DNA of 64,000 nucleotides, taken from NCBI GenBank assembly GCA_963754875.1, contig CAVWHO010000011.1, positions 1 to 64,000 on the forward strand, read 5' to 3'. Source of the stretch: Nitrospirota bacterium (lineage in GTDB: Bacteria; Nitrospirota; UBA9217). The notes beneath the pieces were generated by a model. The model worked only from the letters and a program-made list of their open reading frames with translations. It did not search any database and was not told the DNA's origin. This document shows positions 50,525-62,698 of this stretch, in pieces (position 1 is the stretch's first letter; each line of letters opens with the position of its first letter). The translations under genes were made by a program, and so were the position numbers.

Positions 50525-51466
50525 TTACGCAGTCACGGCCGTGTACAGTTCATGCACCGAATCCGACAATCCGATCTGCTCGAGGGAACGCTCCAGCTTG
50601 TCCGGCTCCGCGAGAAAATCGCGCATGAAAACGATCTCGGAAACTTTCAAATAGACGACAAAGGGATCGACAAGGGACTCGCCGAAAAGATGGCCGATGA
50701 CTTCTTGGAGAGATTCGACGCTGTTAAACCGCTTCACCTGCCCTGCCCTCTCCATGAGTTTCCGGACGTAAAAGTGGATGGTTTCGTCAAGGCCCTTCAC
50801 GTATTCGCGGTGGCCGGGGAGTATGTTGCAGCTCCGAAGTTTTCCCAGCTCCAAGAGGCTCGCGCAGTAGGCATCGTAATTTCTGAACCTTCCGGCAAAG
50901 GTGTCCAGGTCCACATCGAGAAGAGGCGCCTGAAAGATGTCGCGGAGAAGGACATCGCCGCTCACCGCATCGTTTCCGCAGAGGTAGACGAGATCGCTCT
51001 GGGAATGCCCTGGACAGCTGAGCCAGCTGATTCCGAGTTTTTGGGGGATATCGGAATCTTCCACAACAGTGCTTCGCCCGGGAATCTCGGGAAAGACCTT
51101 TTTTTCATCGAGGACATTTTTTAACTGTTCAGTAAATTCGTCATCGAAGCCATAACCCTTCAGGAATTTTTGAATATGGGTAAGACGATGCTTATGATGC
51201 CGCATTTTTACGGCATCCCTGCGGGGGATGAGAATTTCAGCCCTTGAATGCTGCGCAAGGTAAGCGGCCAGACCGCAGTGGTCCACATGACAGTGCGTAA
51301 TAAAAAGATACTTTAGCCGCCCGATATCAACCTGCTCTTCCAGGAAGGCAAGGGCATGCGGCGTGGCAGGCCCGGTATCGAACAGCACAAGGTCTCCGTC
51401 GATCTCCGTGGAGTAGAAGTGGACCTCACCTACCATGTAAGGAGTATGTACCGTGTGTTGTATCAT
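50525..51466 (-). CDS. MBL-fold metallo-hydrolase
   Basis: THCHVDHCG, PGHS, SGD, LPGH. Confidence 0.88.
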   Translation of the reverse strand: MIQHTVHTPYMVGEVHFYSTEIDGDLVLFDTGPATPHALAFLEEQVDIGRLKYLFITHCHVDHCGLAAYLAQHSRAEILIPRRDAVKMRHHKHRLTHIQKFLKGYGFDDEFTEQLKNVLDEKKVFPEIPGRSTVVEDSDIPQKLGISWLSCPGHSQSDLVYLCGNDAVSGDVLLRDIFQAPLLDVDLDTFAGRFRNYDAYCASLLELGKLRSCNILPGHREYVKGLDETIHFYVRKLMERAGQVKRFNSVESLQEVIGHLFGESLVDPFVVYLKVSEIVFMRDFLAEPDKLERSLEQIGLSDSVHELYTAVTA

Positions 51467-51487
51467 ACGATTTCATCCGCGCGCGAA

Positions 51488-53289
51488 CTAGAAAATATAC
51501 TTTTCCGCCTCGATTGCGGCATTTGCCAATTGGCGCTTGAACTTAAGCAATCCCGTGGCGTCGTATTTCGTGAACCGCCTGATCCCGCCAAGAAGCATGG
51601 TCAGGGTGTCGCCTTCTTCGATGAAGTATGCTGCCTTGCGCGCTGCTGTGGCTGTCTGCTCCACGGCATTGAAGGTGAATACCTTCACCGCTGCGGTGAC
51701 GGATGCCTTTTTGGCTTCGCTTAAGGACGGCAGGATCTTTTCAGCGCGCAAAAGGGCGCTCTCGATCGCAAAGATATTGATGGCAATGTCGGCTGCAGCA
51801 AGAAGGATCTCCTGCTCGTCCTTGATCGACATCATGAATTTCTGGACGCTGCTCCCCGCAATCACCAGGAAGACCTTCTTCAGGTTGGCAAGGAGCTCCT
51901 TTTCCGCGGCAAAGGGGTCTGTGTCGTCCAGCTCGTCGACGGAGGGGGTCATGAGCGACTCGAAGGCCTTGGTCGCCTCGCGCTGCAGCGGGATCTCCCC
52001 TTTCATGGCCCTGGTCAGGATGGTCCCGGGAATCAGGAGGCGATTGATCTCGTTCGTGCCTTCGAAAATGCGGTTGATCCGCTCGTCCCGGTAGAACCCT
52101 TCCGCAGGGTATTCCTGGATAAAGCCGTAGCCCCCGTGGATCTGCACTACCTGGTCCACAACTTCGGCCAGGACCTCACTGCAGAACACCTTGGCGATTG
52201 CGCACTCGATGGCATACTCCTCGATCCCCTTCTGGTAGACCTCGTAGTAGTTGGGAATGTTCTTGTCAATGGTCGCAAGTTTGTTGTCGATCAGGCCTGC
52301 AAGACGGTAGACGAGCGACTCCGCGGCAAAGGTAGCTGCCGTCAGGTCGGCGATCTTCTCCTTGATGGCTCCGAAGCTGGCAATGGGAACGCCGAACTGC
52401 TTTCGTATGTTGGCATATTTGATTCCTTCGTCAGGGCGTACTTTGCCGCCCCGGTCACTCCGGCGCCGAGCTTGAAGCGGCCGACGTTCAGCACATTGAA
52501 GGCGATCTTATGCCCCTTGCCGATCTGGCCGAGCACGTTTTCCACGGGCACCTTGGCGTTCTCGAGAATGATCTGCGTTGTCGAAGAGCCTCTGATCCCG
52601 AGCTTTTTTTCCTCTGCGCCCACGGACAGTCCCTCGGTCGTTCCTTTCCACGAGGAACGCGGTAAAGTGCTCTTTATCGATCTTGGCAAAGATCGTGTAG
52701 AGATTGGCAATGCTTCCGTTGGTGATGAACTGCTTGGTTCCGTTCAGGAGGTAGAATTTCCCGTCAGCGGAGAGCGTGGCCGTGGCCTTCGCTCCAAGGG
52801 CATCGCTCCCCGAGTCCGGCTCGGTCAGGCAGTAGGCCGCGATCCACTCACCGCTGATGATCTTTCCGCAGGTATTTCTCCTTCTGCTCCTGCGTGCCGT
52901 AGTAGACGAGCGGCAGCGTGCCGATGCCGGAATGGGCCGAGTAGGTGACGGAAAAAGAACCGGCTGCCGAGATTTTCTCCGCCAGCCAGCATGCTGGTCG
53001 CCTTATCGAGTTCGAGACCTCCGTACTCCTCGGGGGCATCGATCATGAGAAGCCCCAGCTCGCCGCACTTCTTCATCAACTGAACAACGAGGTCGAAATC
53101 GTGGTTTTCGATTTCCGCCCTGTGAGGGACGACCTCGTTCAGCACGAACTGTGCAGTAGTCTCGCCGATCTGCTTTTGCTCATCCGTAAAATCCTCGGGC
53201 GTAAAAACATCGTCCTTCGTTGCCTCGGTAATCAGGTACTCGGCCCCTTTGAACAGTTTCGCTTTCTTCACTTCCATATTCGTAGCCAT
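51488..53289 (-). CDS. fadE: Long-type acyl-CoA dehydrogenase (several apparent indels)
   Basis: PEEYGG, AHSGIGTLPL, EEKKLGIRGSST, LNVGR, QIHGGYGF, RINRIFEGTNEINR across fragments. Confidence 0.9.
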
Positions 53290-53359
53290 GCTTTCACCTC
53301 ACTCTGATGAGATTGATTTCCCTAACGCCGTGGGCATTATGCCGTTGGCTACATTATTC

Positions 53360-54535
53360 CTACATCTTCTCAAAAATCCCGGCAGCCCCCATGCCGCCGC
53401 CGATGCACATGGAAACCATGCCGTAACGCACATTGTTCCGCTGCATCGCGTGAAGAAGCGTTGCCGTTAATTTTGAACCCGTGCAGCCCAGCGGGTGCCC
53501 AAGGGCGATTGCTCCGCCGCTGATATTGACCTTTGCCGGATCGAGACCGAGGGCCCGTACGCAGGCGAGCGCCTGGGCGGCAAAGGCCTCGTTCAGTTCT
53601 ATGAGGCCGATGTCTTCCTGCTTCAGCCCTGCCAGCCGAAGTGCCGCCGGGACCGCCTCCACGGGGCCGATCCCCATGATCTCGGGCGGCACCCCTTTCA
53701 CGGCAAAGGAAACGAATCTCGCCAAAGGGGTTTTGCCACATTTCTTCAGGAACTCCTCGGAGACGACGAGCGTGGCTGCTGCCCCGTCGGTCGTCTGCGA
53801 CGAGTTGCCGGCCGTCACGGTCCCCGTTGTCTTAAAAGCAGGTTTCAATTTTTCCAGAGCGGCCGTGGTCGTATCGCCCCGCACGCCGTCGTCGATGGAG
53901 ACGATCTCTGTGGTTCTTTTCATCTTGCCGTTTACGAGAGAGCACTTCTCGATCTCCACAGGGATTATTTCTTTCTGGAAATTGCCCTGCTTGATGGCAG
54001 TCGCTGCCTTTGCATGGCTGGCAACTGCAAAGGCGTCCTGGTCTTCCCGGGTAACGTTATATTTCTCCGCCACCTTCTCAGCGGTGATCCCCATGGAGGC
54101 GAACGATTCCGGCCAGCAGGCCACGAGAGAGGGATTTGCGCTGTACTTGCTACCTCCCATCGGGATCATGGTCATGCTCTCCGCGCCGCCGGCAATGATA
54201 CAGTCGGCAAACCCCGCCATGATCCGCTCCGCGGCCGAGGCAATCGTCTGCAGACCGGACGAGCAAAAACGGTTAACGGTCTGGGCCGGTACGTGATAGG
54301 GTATCCCGGCTTTCATTGCCGCGATCCGCGCCATGTTCATCCCCTGCTCTCCTTCCGGGAAGGCACTCCCCATGATGACATCCTCAACCAGCATCGGGTC
54401 GATGCCCGTTCTCTCCAGCAGGCCCTGCAAGGCAGCCGCGGCCAGATCGTCGGGCCTCATGTCCTTGAATTTTCCTTTTTTCGCCTTGCAACCGGGAGTG
54501 CGGTAGGCAGCTAAAACATATGCATTTCTCATCAT
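53360..54535 (-). CDS. fadA: Acetyl-CoA C-acyltransferase (thiolase)
   Basis: NRFCSSG, NEAFA, GHPLG, CIGGG. Confidence 0.93.
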   Translation of the reverse strand: MMRNAYVLAAYRTPGCKAKKGKFKDMRPDDLAAAALQGLLERTGIDPMLVEDVIMGSAFPEGEQGMNMARIAAMKAGIPYHVPAQTVNRFCSSGLQTIASAAERIMAGFADCIIAGGAESMTMIPMGGSKYSANPSLVACWPESFASMGITAEKVAEKYNVTREDQDAFAVASHAKAATAIKQGNFQKEIIPVEIEKCSLVNGKMKRTTEIVSIDDGVRGDTTTAALEKLKPAFKTTGTVTAGNSSQTTDGAAATLVVSEEFLKKCGKTPLARFVSFAVKGVPPEIMGIGPVEAVPAALRLAGLKQEDIGLIELNEAFAAQALACVRALGLDPAKVNISGGAIALGHPLGCTGSKLTATLLHAMQRNNVRYGMVSMCIGGGMGAAGIFEKM

Positions 54536-54580
54536 ATCCTCCATTTTTAAAATGCGCTTTGACACAAAGGAGCGTAGCTC

Positions 54581-56969
54581 TTAATTCCGCAACGGTTTGC
54601 CCTTCTTCAGCATGTGCTGGATGCGCTCCAGCGTCTTTTTCTGGCCACAGAGCTTGAGAAATGCCTCCTGCTCCAACTCCAACAGGTACTCCTCTGTGAT
54701 GAGGGTGCCGGCAGGAACATCGCCGCCCGTGATAACGTCGGCGATCGTGCTCCCCAGATACTCCTCATACTCGGTGACAAATTCACCGATGCGCATGTTC
54801 CAGAGCTGGGATTTTATGGTGGCCGCTACGCTCCGTCCCGGAGCCTTCAGGTCAATAAGCGGTTTCGACGGACGGTAGTTGGCTGCGAGAGCGATTGTTT
54901 TCTGCTTGGCGTCAAAAATCCGCCTGTCCATGTTCATCGTTATCGCATCGCCATGGCGCAGGAAGCCCATTTCCCTGAGTTCCGCAGCGGAGGTACTTAC
55001 TTTGGCCATGGCAATGTTCGAGAAGTTCTTGAAAATGAACGGGCTGGCGTCGATGTCGTTTGCCTGGGCCAGCTTTATGGCTCTGATCGCCATTTCTTTG
55101 GTCCCCCCACCTGCGGGGAGGAGCCCCACGCCTATCTCCACGAGCCCCATGTAGGTCTCGGCGTGTGGATTTACAGCGTCTGCATGGAGGCAGATCTCGC
55201 ACCCGCCCCCCATGACTAAATTATGGGGTGCGGCGACCACCGGTATCTTCGAATATTTGATCGCCATCATCGACTTCTGAAAGTTCTTGACCACCAGGGC
55301 GAGTTCGTCATATGACCCCTCGCTGATGGCCATAGCAATAAGCATCAGGTTGGCGCCGGCGGAAAAAACGCTTCCTTCGTTGGCGATGATGAGGCCAACT
55401 CCGTCCAATTCCGCCCGCTTGATCCCCTTGTGCACCATGGAAAGAATTTCGTTGCCGATGGCATTCATCTTCGTGTGGAATTCAAGGCAAAAGACGCCAT
55501 CGCCAATGTCGAGTACGGAAGCGCCACTGTTTTTCTCTACCACCCCGCCGTTTCTCTTCAAAAGAGAGAGGTTTATATTGCCGGCAGACCTGGACACTTC
55601 ATGGTATTCGTTGTCATGAATGCCGTAGTAATAGTTTCCCCCGTTATCGAATCTGTAGAACCGCTCAATTGTTTTGAGGGATGCCGGTACTACCACTCCG
55701 TCCTTCTCCGCTCGCTTGACGAATTCTTTAACACTGATGGCGTCAAGCATCTCGAAAGGGCCGAGTTCCCAGTTGAAACCCCATTTCATGGCATTGTCGA
55801 TATTGACGATGTCTTCGGAAATCTCAGGAATGCGATTCACGGTATAGATGAGAGTATCGCGCAGGTTCTTCCAGGCGAACTCGGCTCCCTTGTCAGTGCC
55901 GGATATGACCGTCTGCAACCTTTTCGCTGGATCGTCGATCGCCTTGGCCGTTTCCACAGAGGCGAACTTTGGACGCTGGGACGGTGCGTACTCTCCTTTC
56001 GTATAATCGTAGTAGAAGTACGCTGAGCCGTTTTCACCTTTCTCCTTCTTGAAAAACCCTTGCTTGCTTTTGTTCCCCAGCAGCCCCTTTTTCACCATCT
56101 CGCTGATAAAGCCGGGGAAGCGGAAAGTTTCCCGCTGTTCATCATTCACCAGAAGCTCATAAGAATTGTTCGCCACGTGCTGGAGCGTATCAAGGCCCAC
56201 GAGATCAGCGGTGCGGAAGGCCGCGCTTTTGGGACGGGCCGTGGCGGGCCCGACGACTGCATCCACCTCCTCCACGGTCAGCTTCATTTCGACCATATTC
56301 TGTATGCAGTTACAGATGGAATAAACGCCGATCCGGTTAGCGATGAAGTTTGGGGTGTTCTTGGCAGAGACGATCCCCTTGCCCAGGCGCCGCTCAATGA
56401 ACTCGGCCATGAACCGGACGGTCTCAGGATCGGTGGAGCGGCAAGGTACGATCTCAAGGAGACGCATGTAACGCGGCGGATTGAAAAAGTGAGTGACCAG
56501 GAAATTCCTTTGCACGTGCTCGGGAAGGCTTTCGGCCATCTCGTTGACGGAGAGTCCGCTTGTGTTGGTCGAGAGAATGGCCCCTTCCCTGAGGTTCGGG
56601 GCGATCTTCTCTTTGAAAAGCCTCTTCTTGATCTGCCATGTTTTCGACGACGACCTCGATGACCCAGTCGCATTCCCGGAGCTTCTTCGCGTCGTCTTCA
56701 AAATTTCCAATCTCGATATAGGAGGCATAGGCAGGGAGAAAGAAGGCCGCAGGCTTCATCTTCCTGAGCCCTTCCAGCCCTGCTGCAGCGATCCGGTTCC
56801 GAACCGCCGGATTATCCAGCGTGAGGCCCGCCTTTGTCTCGGCTTCGTTCAGCTCCTTCGGTACGATATCGAGCAGAAGGACCCGGATTCCTGCATTCGC
56901 GAGGTGGGCGGCAATGGTCGCTCCCATCACCCCTGCCCCCAGAACAGCCGTTTTGTTGATTTGCTTCAT
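54581..56969 (-). CDS. fadN: 3-hydroxyacyl-CoA dehydrogenase / enoyl-CoA hydratase, FadN type (frameshift near 56635)
   Basis: GAGVMG, TNTSGL, HFFNPPRY, FIANRIG; C-terminal crotonase FSAGANL, GGGCE, GLVE. Confidence 0.88.
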
Positions 56970-57001
56970 CGTATCCCTCCGTTAATAGGTTGCGTGCAGC
57001 G

Positions 57002-58814
57002 TCAACTCCTGTTATCAACGTACATTCCCTCGATCGTGTCTTTGTATTTTTCATAGATGACCTTGCGTTTAAGCTTCAGGGTGGGCGTCATCTCCCCGCC
57101 TTCGATGGAAAAATCCCGGGGAAGCAATACAAATTTTTTGACAGTTTCATACGATGCAAGCCTGCTGTTGATTTCAGCGATCCGCTGTTCGAACAGTTCC
57201 CGGATCGGCCCGCTCGTAACGAAACCGTCCTTATTGCCGCAGTCGATATCCTTTTCCCGCGCATACTCCATGACCTGTTCCCTGTTCGGGACCAGAAGAG
57301 CGGTGAGGTACGGTTTCCGGTCGCCGTAAACAATAGCTTGGGTGATGTATTTGTCGAGTTGCAGTTCGCCTTCGACCCGCCGGGGAGCAATGTTCTTCCC
57401 CCCGGCGGTAATAATCAGTTCCTTCTTCCGGTCCGTGATGCAAACGAACCCATTTTCGATATGGCCGATATCTCCGGTCCTGAACCAGCCACTCTGCAAG
57501 GCTTCACTGGTAGCCACCGGATCCTTGTAATAGCCGACCATAACCTGGGGGCCCTTGATCAAGAGCTCACCATCTGCATCCGCCTTGATCTCCGTATTCT
57601 CAAGCGCTGTTCCCACAGAACCGAAACGCACCTGTTTCAAACTGTTGAAACAGACGGCCGGGCTGGTCTCGGTAAGACCGTACCCTTCCAGAATAGGAAT
57701 CCCGATGATCCAGAAAAATTCGTTGATCGTTTTGTCCAGGGGAGCGCCCCCACAGCAGAAAAGCCTCATGTTTCCACCGAAACGGTCCCGAAGCTTGCCG
57801 AAGACCAAACGCTCGGCGATGTTGTACTTGAAAGACAGGAACGCAGAACTTGTCTTGTTGATATATCGTGATTCCACGTACTGCTTCCCGACCTCTATTG
57901 CCCAGTGAAAGATTTTTTGTTTCATTGCAGGCATTTTCCGGACATTTTCAAAGATGCGGGAATAGATCTTTTCGAACAACCGCGGCACGCTAACCATTAC
58001 CGTCGGTTTCAACTCTACCATATTCTCCGCCACCTTTTCAATGCTGTCGGCAAACGCCAGCAGGGAACCGTTCATGATTGCCAGGTAGTAGCCAATTGTC
58101 CTTTCCAGCACGTGGCTCAAAGGCAGGAAGCTGAGGTGAATGTCCTTTTCGCTTAGTACCTCCGCCTTTTTACTCGTATAAAAAGCATCGAAAAGAATGT
58201 TGCGATGGGTCAGCATTGCCCCTTTCGGCACACCTGTTGTTCCTGACGTGTACATGATCGTAAGAAGGTCGTCTGGGACTATTCGGTCGATGAGCGACTT
58301 CAAGCTGTTTTTTCTCGCTGTCAGTAATGGGAAAATCGATTTCCAATAGCTGATTCAACGTGCAGACTGGTAATGCGGGCTCACCCAGGAAACGCTCGAA
58401 GGAAACGACCAGTTCAACTGCAGGAATAGACTCTCGAATTTTAAGAAGCTTCGCATACTGGTGCTTGCTGGAAATAAACACGATTCGTGCTTCTGAATGG
58501 TTTATGACACGCTCGACTTGTTCCGGGGTATTGCTCGGGTAGATCGGTACGGCTATTCCGCCCGCACAAAGGATACCCATATCAGCGATAACCCACCCTG
58601 CACGATTTTCGGAAAGTATGGCAACCTTGTCTCCGGACTTAACATTCACTCTTGAAAGACCGCGAGCAGCCATCAGGGCGCGATCATAGAATTCTCCATA
58701 GCTTAACGTCACAAAGGTTCCCTTTTTTCTGAACTTCAGGGCATGTCTCTCTCGAAATTTGACAGCATTCTTCCGCAACATATCGGGAATTGATAAAAAA
58801 GGAAGATCCAGCAT
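57002..58814 (-). CDS. fadD: Long-chain fatty acid-CoA ligase (frameshift near 58298)
   Basis: YTSGTTGVPKG, FLPLSH, EGYGLTE, TGDIG, DRKKELIITAGGKN. Confidence 0.9.
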
Positions 58815-58851
58815 ACGTATCTCCTTATTAGAGAGAGAAAGTACTAATGGG

Positions 58852-58880
58852 ATCATACATAACCTTTACGCTCACGTCAA
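58852..58880 (-). promoter_or_regulatory. sigma70 promoter with overlapping palindromic operator for the fad operon
   Basis: Minus strand TTGACG-17-TATGAT; operator TTGACGTGAGCGTAAA (58865-58880). Confidence 0.7.
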
Positions 58881-59164
58881 GTTGTTTTTGTAATTTTACA
58901 TATTGTTGTAATGAAAGTCCTGTTACGATCCGCTGAAAGGATCATGGGAATGATGCCTAAATATAACTAATTGATTTTTTTATGAGTGCCAGGATTTTAG
59001 CAAAAAAATTTCGGTTATCAGCGCGCTCTGATAAAGATGGGGTGGAGTTTCTGAAAATCAAGAATTAGTGGGCAAGATAGAAAATATTACTTACACAGAA
59101 GGAAACATATAAACGGTACGTTTTTGTGGAACTTTAAACATGCAGAGCACTCACCTATTGTGCC

Positions 59165-59875
59165 CTACTCTCTCCCTTCCGTCGACGTTTCTTGCGCGCT
59201 TTGACCTGTGATCTCCTTGATCTTCGCCAGCCGTTTCCGCCGATCCTCCCGGGAAACGTACCAGTCCTGAATGAGTGTCTCGATCAATCCGATCAGCAAC
59301 TCGGCCTCTCCGGGCTCAGTGTCGAGAATTTCGGCTCCTTCACTGTCCATCCGGCCGCCGATCATGCCGTTCTTCCTGACGGACTCGATTGCCTCCCATG
59401 TGAGCGGGTCCGCCGTGCCTTTGATCTGGCGAAACTCGTCTCCGAGCATCCCCGGCTGAACTCGCCAGAAGTCCCGCAGCATTTCCGAGAGACAGCGACG
59501 CGAAAGAGCGGCGGCCACCTTCGGGCTGAACTCAACAGCGATGCAGGCTTCCTCGTAGTCCTGGAGGACCTGCTGAGGAATGTCGACGGAGAAGAAATGG
59601 GCGCGCGACGGTGGGACGAGAGACCAGGTCTTGATATGCTTTCCCGTGTAAGAACGGTTTCCGGAGACTTCCAGACCATGCAGGGAGGCACTGAGAGAAA
59701 ATTTGCGGCATTCGGGATTCGGGCAGACGACAAACTTTGCCACGAGCCGGCGTGGGCCGTCAGCGTTGTCGATCGTAAGGTCTGCAAATGTAATCTGCCG
59801 CCCCTCGTCGGTGACGGTCTGATCCCTATTGCAAAACGGGCAGTGCCAGAGATATTCGCTCACGTTTGCCTCCAT
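59165..59875 (-). CDS. DUF4145-like domain protein
   Basis: N-terminal CPFC and CPNPEC, QDYEEAC...SPKVAAALSRRCL, IETLIQDWY. Confidence 0.7.
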   Translation of the reverse strand: MEANVSEYLWHCPFCNRDQTVTDEGRQITFADLTIDNADGPRRLVAKFVVCPNPECRKFSLSASLHGLEVSGNRSYTGKHIKTWSLVPPSRAHFFSVDIPQQVLQDYEEACIAVEFSPKVAAALSRRCLSEMLRDFWRVQPGMLGDEFRQIKGTADPLTWEAIESVRKNGMIGGRMDSEGAEILDTEPGEAELLIGLIETLIQDWYVSREDRRKRLAKIKEITGQSAQETSTEGRE

Positions 59876-59891
59876 GAACGGCTGCTCGATT

Positions 59892-60971
59892 TCAGATGAT
59901 CAGTTCTTGCAGTTGCCGCTCTTCCCATTCTTTTGTGATAACGACTTCGCCCACCTTCGTGGGCAGGACGAACTTCACTTTGCCGCCTTCCGCCTTTTTG
60001 TCAATCTGCATGGTGCTCATCAGCTCGGTCGCCGCGGGCTTACGGCTGAGGGCGGCAAGATTTGTCGGCAACCCATAAGCTGCGATGAGTTTCTCGATGC
60101 GGTCAGGCACCGATGCGTCGCACAAACCCGTCTTCTGTGCCAGGCGCGCAGCGTAGACCATACCGATCGCGACGGCGTAGCCGTGGCGTATCGTGTAGTT
60201 TTCAGCTGTCTCGATGGCATGGCCAATCGTGTGTCCGAAGTTCAAGATCGCGCGGAGACCGCTTTCACGTTCGTCCCTGCTCACGACGTCTGCTTTGATC
60301 TCGCAGGAGCGGCGGATGACATAGAGAAGCGCATCCGGGTCGAGCGAAAGGATCTTCTCGCGGTTATTGGCGAGATACTCGAAGAACGAGCTGTCCCAGA
60401 TCACGCCGTACTTGATGACTTCTGCCATGCCCGAAAGCAGTTCTTCTTTCGGCAGGGACTTGAGCACGCTTAGGTCCATCAGGACTTTCTTCGGCTGATA
60501 GAAAGCACCGATCATGTTCTTGCCCAGGGGATGATTTACGCCGGTCTTGCCGCCGACGCTGCTGTCCACCATCGAGAGGAGCGTGGTAGGCACTTGAATG
60601 AATGGTACGCCGCGCATGAACGTGGCTGCAGCAAAACCGGTAAGGTCGCCGATCACACCACCGCCGAACGCGACGAGCGCAGACTTCCGGTCGAAGCTGT
60701 TAATGAGAAGCGCCGTATAGATAGCGTTTGCCCAATCGAGGTTTTTATACTGTTCGCCGTCGGGGATATCTATCGACATGACAATAAAGCCCGCTTCTTT
60801 GAGGCTGTCCACTATCCTTTGGCCATAGAGCTTCTTGACCGTTGGATTCGTGACCAGTGCAATCTTTTTGCCGAGTCCGAGGTCCCGAAGCCGGTCGCCG
60901 GACTCGCCCAGGCCCGAACCGATCTCGATATCGTAGCTCCGGTCGCCGAGACGTACCTTAACAATATGCAT
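59892..60971 (-). CDS. aroB: 3-dehydroquinate synthase
   Basis: GGGVIGDLTGF, PTTLL, GGKTGVN, LNFGHTIGHA, DKK. Confidence 0.96.
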   Translation of the reverse strand: MHIVKVRLGDRSYDIEIGSGLGESGDRLRDLGLGKKIALVTNPTVKKLYGQRIVDSLKEAGFIVMSIDIPDGEQYKNLDWANAIYTALLINSFDRKSALVAFGGGVIGDLTGFAAATFMRGVPFIQVPTTLLSMVDSSVGGKTGVNHPLGKNMIGAFYQPKKVLMDLSVLKSLPKEELLSGMAEVIKYGVIWDSSFFEYLANNREKILSLDPDALLYVIRRSCEIKADVVSRDERESGLRAILNFGHTIGHAIETAENYTIRHGYAVAIGMVYAARLAQKTGLCDASVPDRIEKLIAAYGLPTNLAALSRKPAATELMSTMQIDKKAEGGKVKFVLPTKVGEVVITKEWEERQLQELII

Positions 60972-61473
60972 ACTTGATTCTTTCTTTGATCATTTGAATG
61001 ACGTCCTCAACCGGTTTTTCAGAGGTGTCGATGGCCACGTCCGCCTGGGCGTAGAACTGAGCGCGGCTTTCGAGCAGCTCGCGTATTTTCATCAGAGGAT
61101 CAGCAGTCTGGAGCAGCGGCCGGTGGGTCTCGTGCTTGATGCGTTCGTAGATCACTTCGGGCCGTGCGGTAAGGCAGACAACGAGGCCGGCCTTTTTGAA
61201 CGCTTCGCGGTTTCTGTCCTGGATCACGGCGCCACCGCCGGTGGAAACTACTTGACCTTCACGCGCTGTTACTTCCCGGATGATCTTTGCCTCAATCTCG
61301 CGGAAATAGGGTTCGCCGAACTTGGCGAAGATGGACGTGATATCCAAATGTTGATCGGCCTCGATGAGGCTGTCCGTGTCGACGAACAGGTAGCCCAAGT
61401 CCTTTGCCAGCTGTGTGCCGACCCGGGTCTTGCCCACACCCATGAAGCCGGTGAGAATGATATTCTTAAACAT
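60958..61473 (-). CDS. aroK: Shikimate kinase
   Basis: GFMGVGKT, GEPYFREIE, STGGG, RPLL. Confidence 0.95.
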   Translation of the reverse strand: MFKNIILTGFMGVGKTRVGTQLAKDLGYLFVDTDSLIEADQHLDITSIFAKFGEPYFREIEAKIIREVTAREGQVVSTGGGAVIQDRNREAFKKAGLVVCLTARPEVIYERIKHETHRPLLQTADPLMKIRELLESRAQFYAQADVAIDTSEKPVEDVIQMIKERIKYAYC

Positions 61474-61507
61474 GGTTATTGATTTTTGTTTGGCTTTTGC
61501 TAGCCTC

Positions 61508-62698
61508 TTACTTCTTTTCGACCGTTTCTTCCTCGCCTATCCGCGCCTTCAGATGCTTGTCATACTGGGAGAAATTCCGTTTCATTTCGTCGATGCTGTC
61601 GCCGCCGAACTTTTCGACCAAAGCCGTCGCCATTTCAAAAGCCACTGCGGCCTCTGCGACGACTCCGGCTGCCGGCACTGCGCAGACGTCGGACCTCTCC
61701 ACGCTCGCCTTGAAAGGCCTCTTGCTCGCGAGGTCGACGGAGCGGAGCGGCTTCATGAGCGTCGGGATAGGCTTCATGGCAGCACGCAACACGATGGGTT
61801 CGCCGTTGCTGATCCCGCCTTCGATGCCGCCCGCCATGTTGGTCTTGCGATAGAACCCTTCTTTCCTGCTCCAGAAGATCTCGTCGTGCACCTGCGAGCC
61901 CGGCCTGTTTGCAACACCGAAGCCGGCGCCGACCTCGACGCCTTTGATGGCCTGGACGCTCATGAGCGCATTGGCGAGTCTGGCGTCGAGTTTGCGGTCC
62001 CAGTGAGCGTGGCTGCCGAGACCCACAGGAACTCCGTTGATGATGATCTCAAAAACGCCGCCCAGCGTGTCGCCGGCAACCTTGGCCTCATCAATCTTCC
62101 GCATCATTCGCTTTTCCGCATCGGGGTCCGCACAGCGCAGTTCCGATGCCTCGGCGCGTTTCTTGAGTTCGCGAACAGAGATCTTGGGAACTTTAGCATA
62201 CACGCCTCCAATGGAGAGCACGTGGCTTATGACTTCGATGCCGAACTCTTCGAGCAGCCGTTTTGCCACTGAGCCCACGGCCACGCGCATGGCCGTTTCC
62301 CGGGCGCTCGATCGTTCGAGGATGTTGCGAATATCGGTCATGTTGTACTTGAGGGCCCCTGCGAGGTCGGCATGGCCCGGACGGGGTCGCGTCAGAGGAT
62401 CAGCAGAATTCAGGAACATCGGGTCTACCGACATTTTGTCACGCCAATTTTCCCAGTCCTTGTTCCGGATCATGAGCCCCACGGGACTGCCGAGCGTCCT
62501 GCCCCAGCGCACACCGGTATAGATCTTCACCTGGTCTTTTTCGATCTTCATCCGGTTGCCGCGGCCGTACCCCACCTGCCTTCTGGCCAGATCGCGGTCA
62601 ATGTCCGTTATCCGGATCAAAAGACCGGCAGGCATGCCTTCGATGATGCCCATGAGAAGTTCACCATGGGATTCACCGGCAGTCAAAAGTCGCAACAT
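61508..62698 (-). CDS. aroC: Chorismate synthase
   Basis: [38 protein letters not shown]. Confidence 0.96.
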   Translation of the reverse strand: MLRLLTAGESHGELLMGIIEGMPAGLLIRITDIDRDLARRQVGYGRGNRMKIEKDQVKIYTGVRWGRTLGSPVGLMIRNKDWENWRDKMSVDPMFLNSADPLTRPRPGHADLAGALKYNMTDIRNILERSSARETAMRVAVGSVAKRLLEEFGIEVISHVLSIGGVYAKVPKISVRELKKRAEASELRCADPDAEKRMMRKIDEAKVAGDTLGGVFEIIINGVPVGLGSHAHWDRKLDARLANALMSVQAIKGVEVGAGFGVANRPGSQVHDEIFWSRKEGFYRKTNMAGGIEGGISNGEPIVLRAAMKPIPTLMKPLRSVDLASKRPFKASVERSDVCAVPAAGVVAEAAVAFEMATALVEKFGGDSIDEMKRNFSQYDKHLKARIGEEETVEKK

